A DNA stretch of 52,315 nt from an uncultured Mycoplasmatota bacterium (GTDB lineage Bacteria > Bacillota_I > Bacilli_A > RF39 > UBA660): contig CANPJT010000003.1 in the NCBI GenBank assembly GCA_947574255.1, positions 1-52,315 on the forward strand, written 5' to 3'. The notes below the pieces were generated by a model. It saw only the letters and a program-made list of their open reading frames with translations, had not been told where the DNA came from and searched no databases. Numbering within the stretch: the first letter of the stretch is position 1; each line of letters begins with the position of its first letter. The translations under genes and the position numbers were made by a program. This document shows positions 51,595 to 52,315 of this stretch, one piece after another.

Positions 51595-52134
51595 TTATTT
51601 TAAATAATTAACATGAATTATTTTTAAGAAGTCTTTTCTAGAATGATTTCTCTCATATTCTTTTTGGAACATTCTTTTATAATATAAAGCAAACGACCTG
51701 TCGTTATGAAATTGATCATGATGAAATTTGCAGAAAGGGGAAACGAAGCCATTTTTTATAGAAGCTGTTCTTTTAGCTCCTTCATATACTTCGTTTTTTT
51801 CTACGTTATAGTAGGGTGTTAAGCAACCTTCTACGCAACATTTAGTTAAATCTTTATAAATAATACTATAACGTTGTTTTTCTTTCTTAGTTTGTTTATA
51901 TGTGCGTTTCTTTAATAGTGGTTTATTTGATTTAAGACGCATATTTGAATAATTTTGCTTTTTGCTATCCTTTAAAGAGCTTGAATGCGTCTTATTTTTT
52001 ATTTGATGGTTATTTGATTCTTTGTTTTCTCTAAATTTACAATTATTACATTCTTTTATATTTATTATTTTTTTAGTTAATTTACATTCAAATTTTCTGT
52101 TTAGTTTTTGTTTTAGATATTTGCAATTTGTCAT
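51595..52134 (-). CDS. Cys-rich zinc-finger protein with an HNH-like C-terminal region, adjacent to attR
   Basis: N-terminal C4..C17..CNNC cluster, a basic middle, and C-terminal CCVEGC..EVYEGAKRTASIKNGFVSPFCKFHHDQFHND. Confidence 0.5.
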   Translation of the reverse strand: MTNCKYLKQKLNRKFECKLTKKIINIKECNNCKFRENKESNNHQIKNKTHSSSLKDSKKQNYSNMRLKSNKPLLKKRTYKQTKKEKQRYSIIYKDLTKCCVEGCLTPYYNVEKNEVYEGAKRTASIKNGFVSPFCKFHHDQFHNDRSFALYYKRMFQKEYERNHSRKDFLKIIHVNYLK

Positions 52135-52149
52135 ATATTTTTGCTCAAA

Positions 52150-52209
52150 AAAATTACTCTAAAATTACTCCGAAGTGGAGAAAATGAGAGTAAAAACGAG
52201 AGTAAAAAC
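52150..52209. promoter_or_regulatory. Arm-type repeat cluster, right arm: two direct AAAATTACTC and two inverted GAGAGTAAAAAC copies
   Basis: aaaattactc at 52150-52159 and 52161-52170. gagagtaaaaac at 52186-52197 and 52198-52209, which is the reverse complement of gtttttactctc. All share the TTACTC(T/C)C core with 13861-13882. Confidence 0.5.
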
Positions 52210-52260
52210 AAAAACAAGATATAAAAAAAGCCCTGTTTCCAAGGCATATTGTTCAATTAT

Positions 52261-52275
52261 TGGTGACCAGTACGG
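52261..52275. repeat. Prophage attachment core, right copy
   Basis: Identical to 13801..13815. Confidence 0.8.
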
Positions 52276-52315
52276 GATTCGGACCCGTGAATGCTGCCGT
52301 GAAAGGGCAGTGTGT
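52261..52315 (-). tRNA. tRNA-Glu (anticodon UUC), 3' two-thirds; the 5' part lies beyond the window end
   Basis: The reverse complement reads CTGCC-CTTTCAC-GGCAG (anticodon arm, UUC), CATTC, ACGGG-TCCGAAT-CCCGT (T-arm), ACTGGTC-A-CCA. The layout is the same as Bacillus-type tRNA-Glu. Confidence 0.85.

Larger units (their letters stand above)
13801..52275. mobile_element. Integrated siphovirus-like temperate prophage (about 38.5 kb) in tRNA-Glu
   Basis: Bounded by the 15-bp direct repeat, with the integrase next to the left end. It has a complete lysogeny, replication, packaging, head, tail and lysis gene order. Confidence 0.85.

Noticed and set aside
1-52315. Mollicutes-type genetic code (TGA read as Trp), considered because of the extreme AT content.
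   Set aside because: Long genes (res, mutL, tape measure) are intact under the standard code. Several well-supported genes terminate at TGA, for example 23910-23912.

Overview
This is a strongly AT-rich, Firmicutes-type chromosomal segment. Long intact ORFs show it uses the standard genetic code. The left 13.8 kb is chromosome. It holds two paralogous membrane-anchored/secreted protein genes that share a perfect 507-bp 5' repeat. Each carries a G10 homopolymer tract just inside the coding start, and copy B (the only copy whose start lies in the window) reads as frame-shifted OFF; copy A is inferred to be the same. The two paralogs bracket a complete type III restriction-modification cassette (mod-res). 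The Mod catalytic motif IV reads DVLY instead of DPPY. Housekeeping genes follow (yqeG, yqeH, mutL), then a HopA1-like hypothetical, a decayed ABC-exporter pseudogene, a NodB-type polysaccharide deacetylase and a small membrane protein. From 13801 to 52275 lies a siphovirus-like prophage of about 38.5 kb, integrated into the 3' end of a minus-strand tRNA-Glu(UUC). The attachment core is a 15-bp direct repeat, and repeated TTACTC(T/C)C arm-type motifs sit near both ends. The prophage has these modules:
- Lysogeny: tyrosine integrase, a SHOCT membrane protein, ImmA/XRE, and divergent promoters with palindromic operators.
- Replication and recombination: a split replisome organizer with iterons, ERF, YqaJ exonuclease, NinB-like protein and SSB.
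- An immI-like unit: RHH protein, operator-bearing promoter, structured leader and Rha/KilAC antirepressor.
- An orphan short cytosine-methylase-like gene, a late activator and a DUF3800 gene.
- About 390 bp of highly structured non-coding DNA, and a phage tRNA with anticodon CUC.
- Packaging, head and tail: TerS, TerL, portal, a MuF-like protein with a C-terminal JAB/RadC-like domain, scaffold, capsid, connectors, tail, tape measure and fibres. The fibres include a collagen-like protein and a DUF285/BspA-type LRR protein.
- A free-standing HNH homing endonuclease, two holin candidates and a CHAP endolysin.
- A right-end accessory cluster with a Panacea (DUF4065) antitoxin-like gene translationally coupled to an uncharacterised 180-aa ORF.
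The candidates for new biology that I rate highest are:
- the poly-G contingency locus wrapped around the R-M cassette;
- the non-canonical Mod motif;
- the PanA-plus-unknown-partner pair;
- the MuF-JAB fusion;
- the structured RNA region after DUF3800.
All family assignments come from motif recognition by eye. No database search was run.
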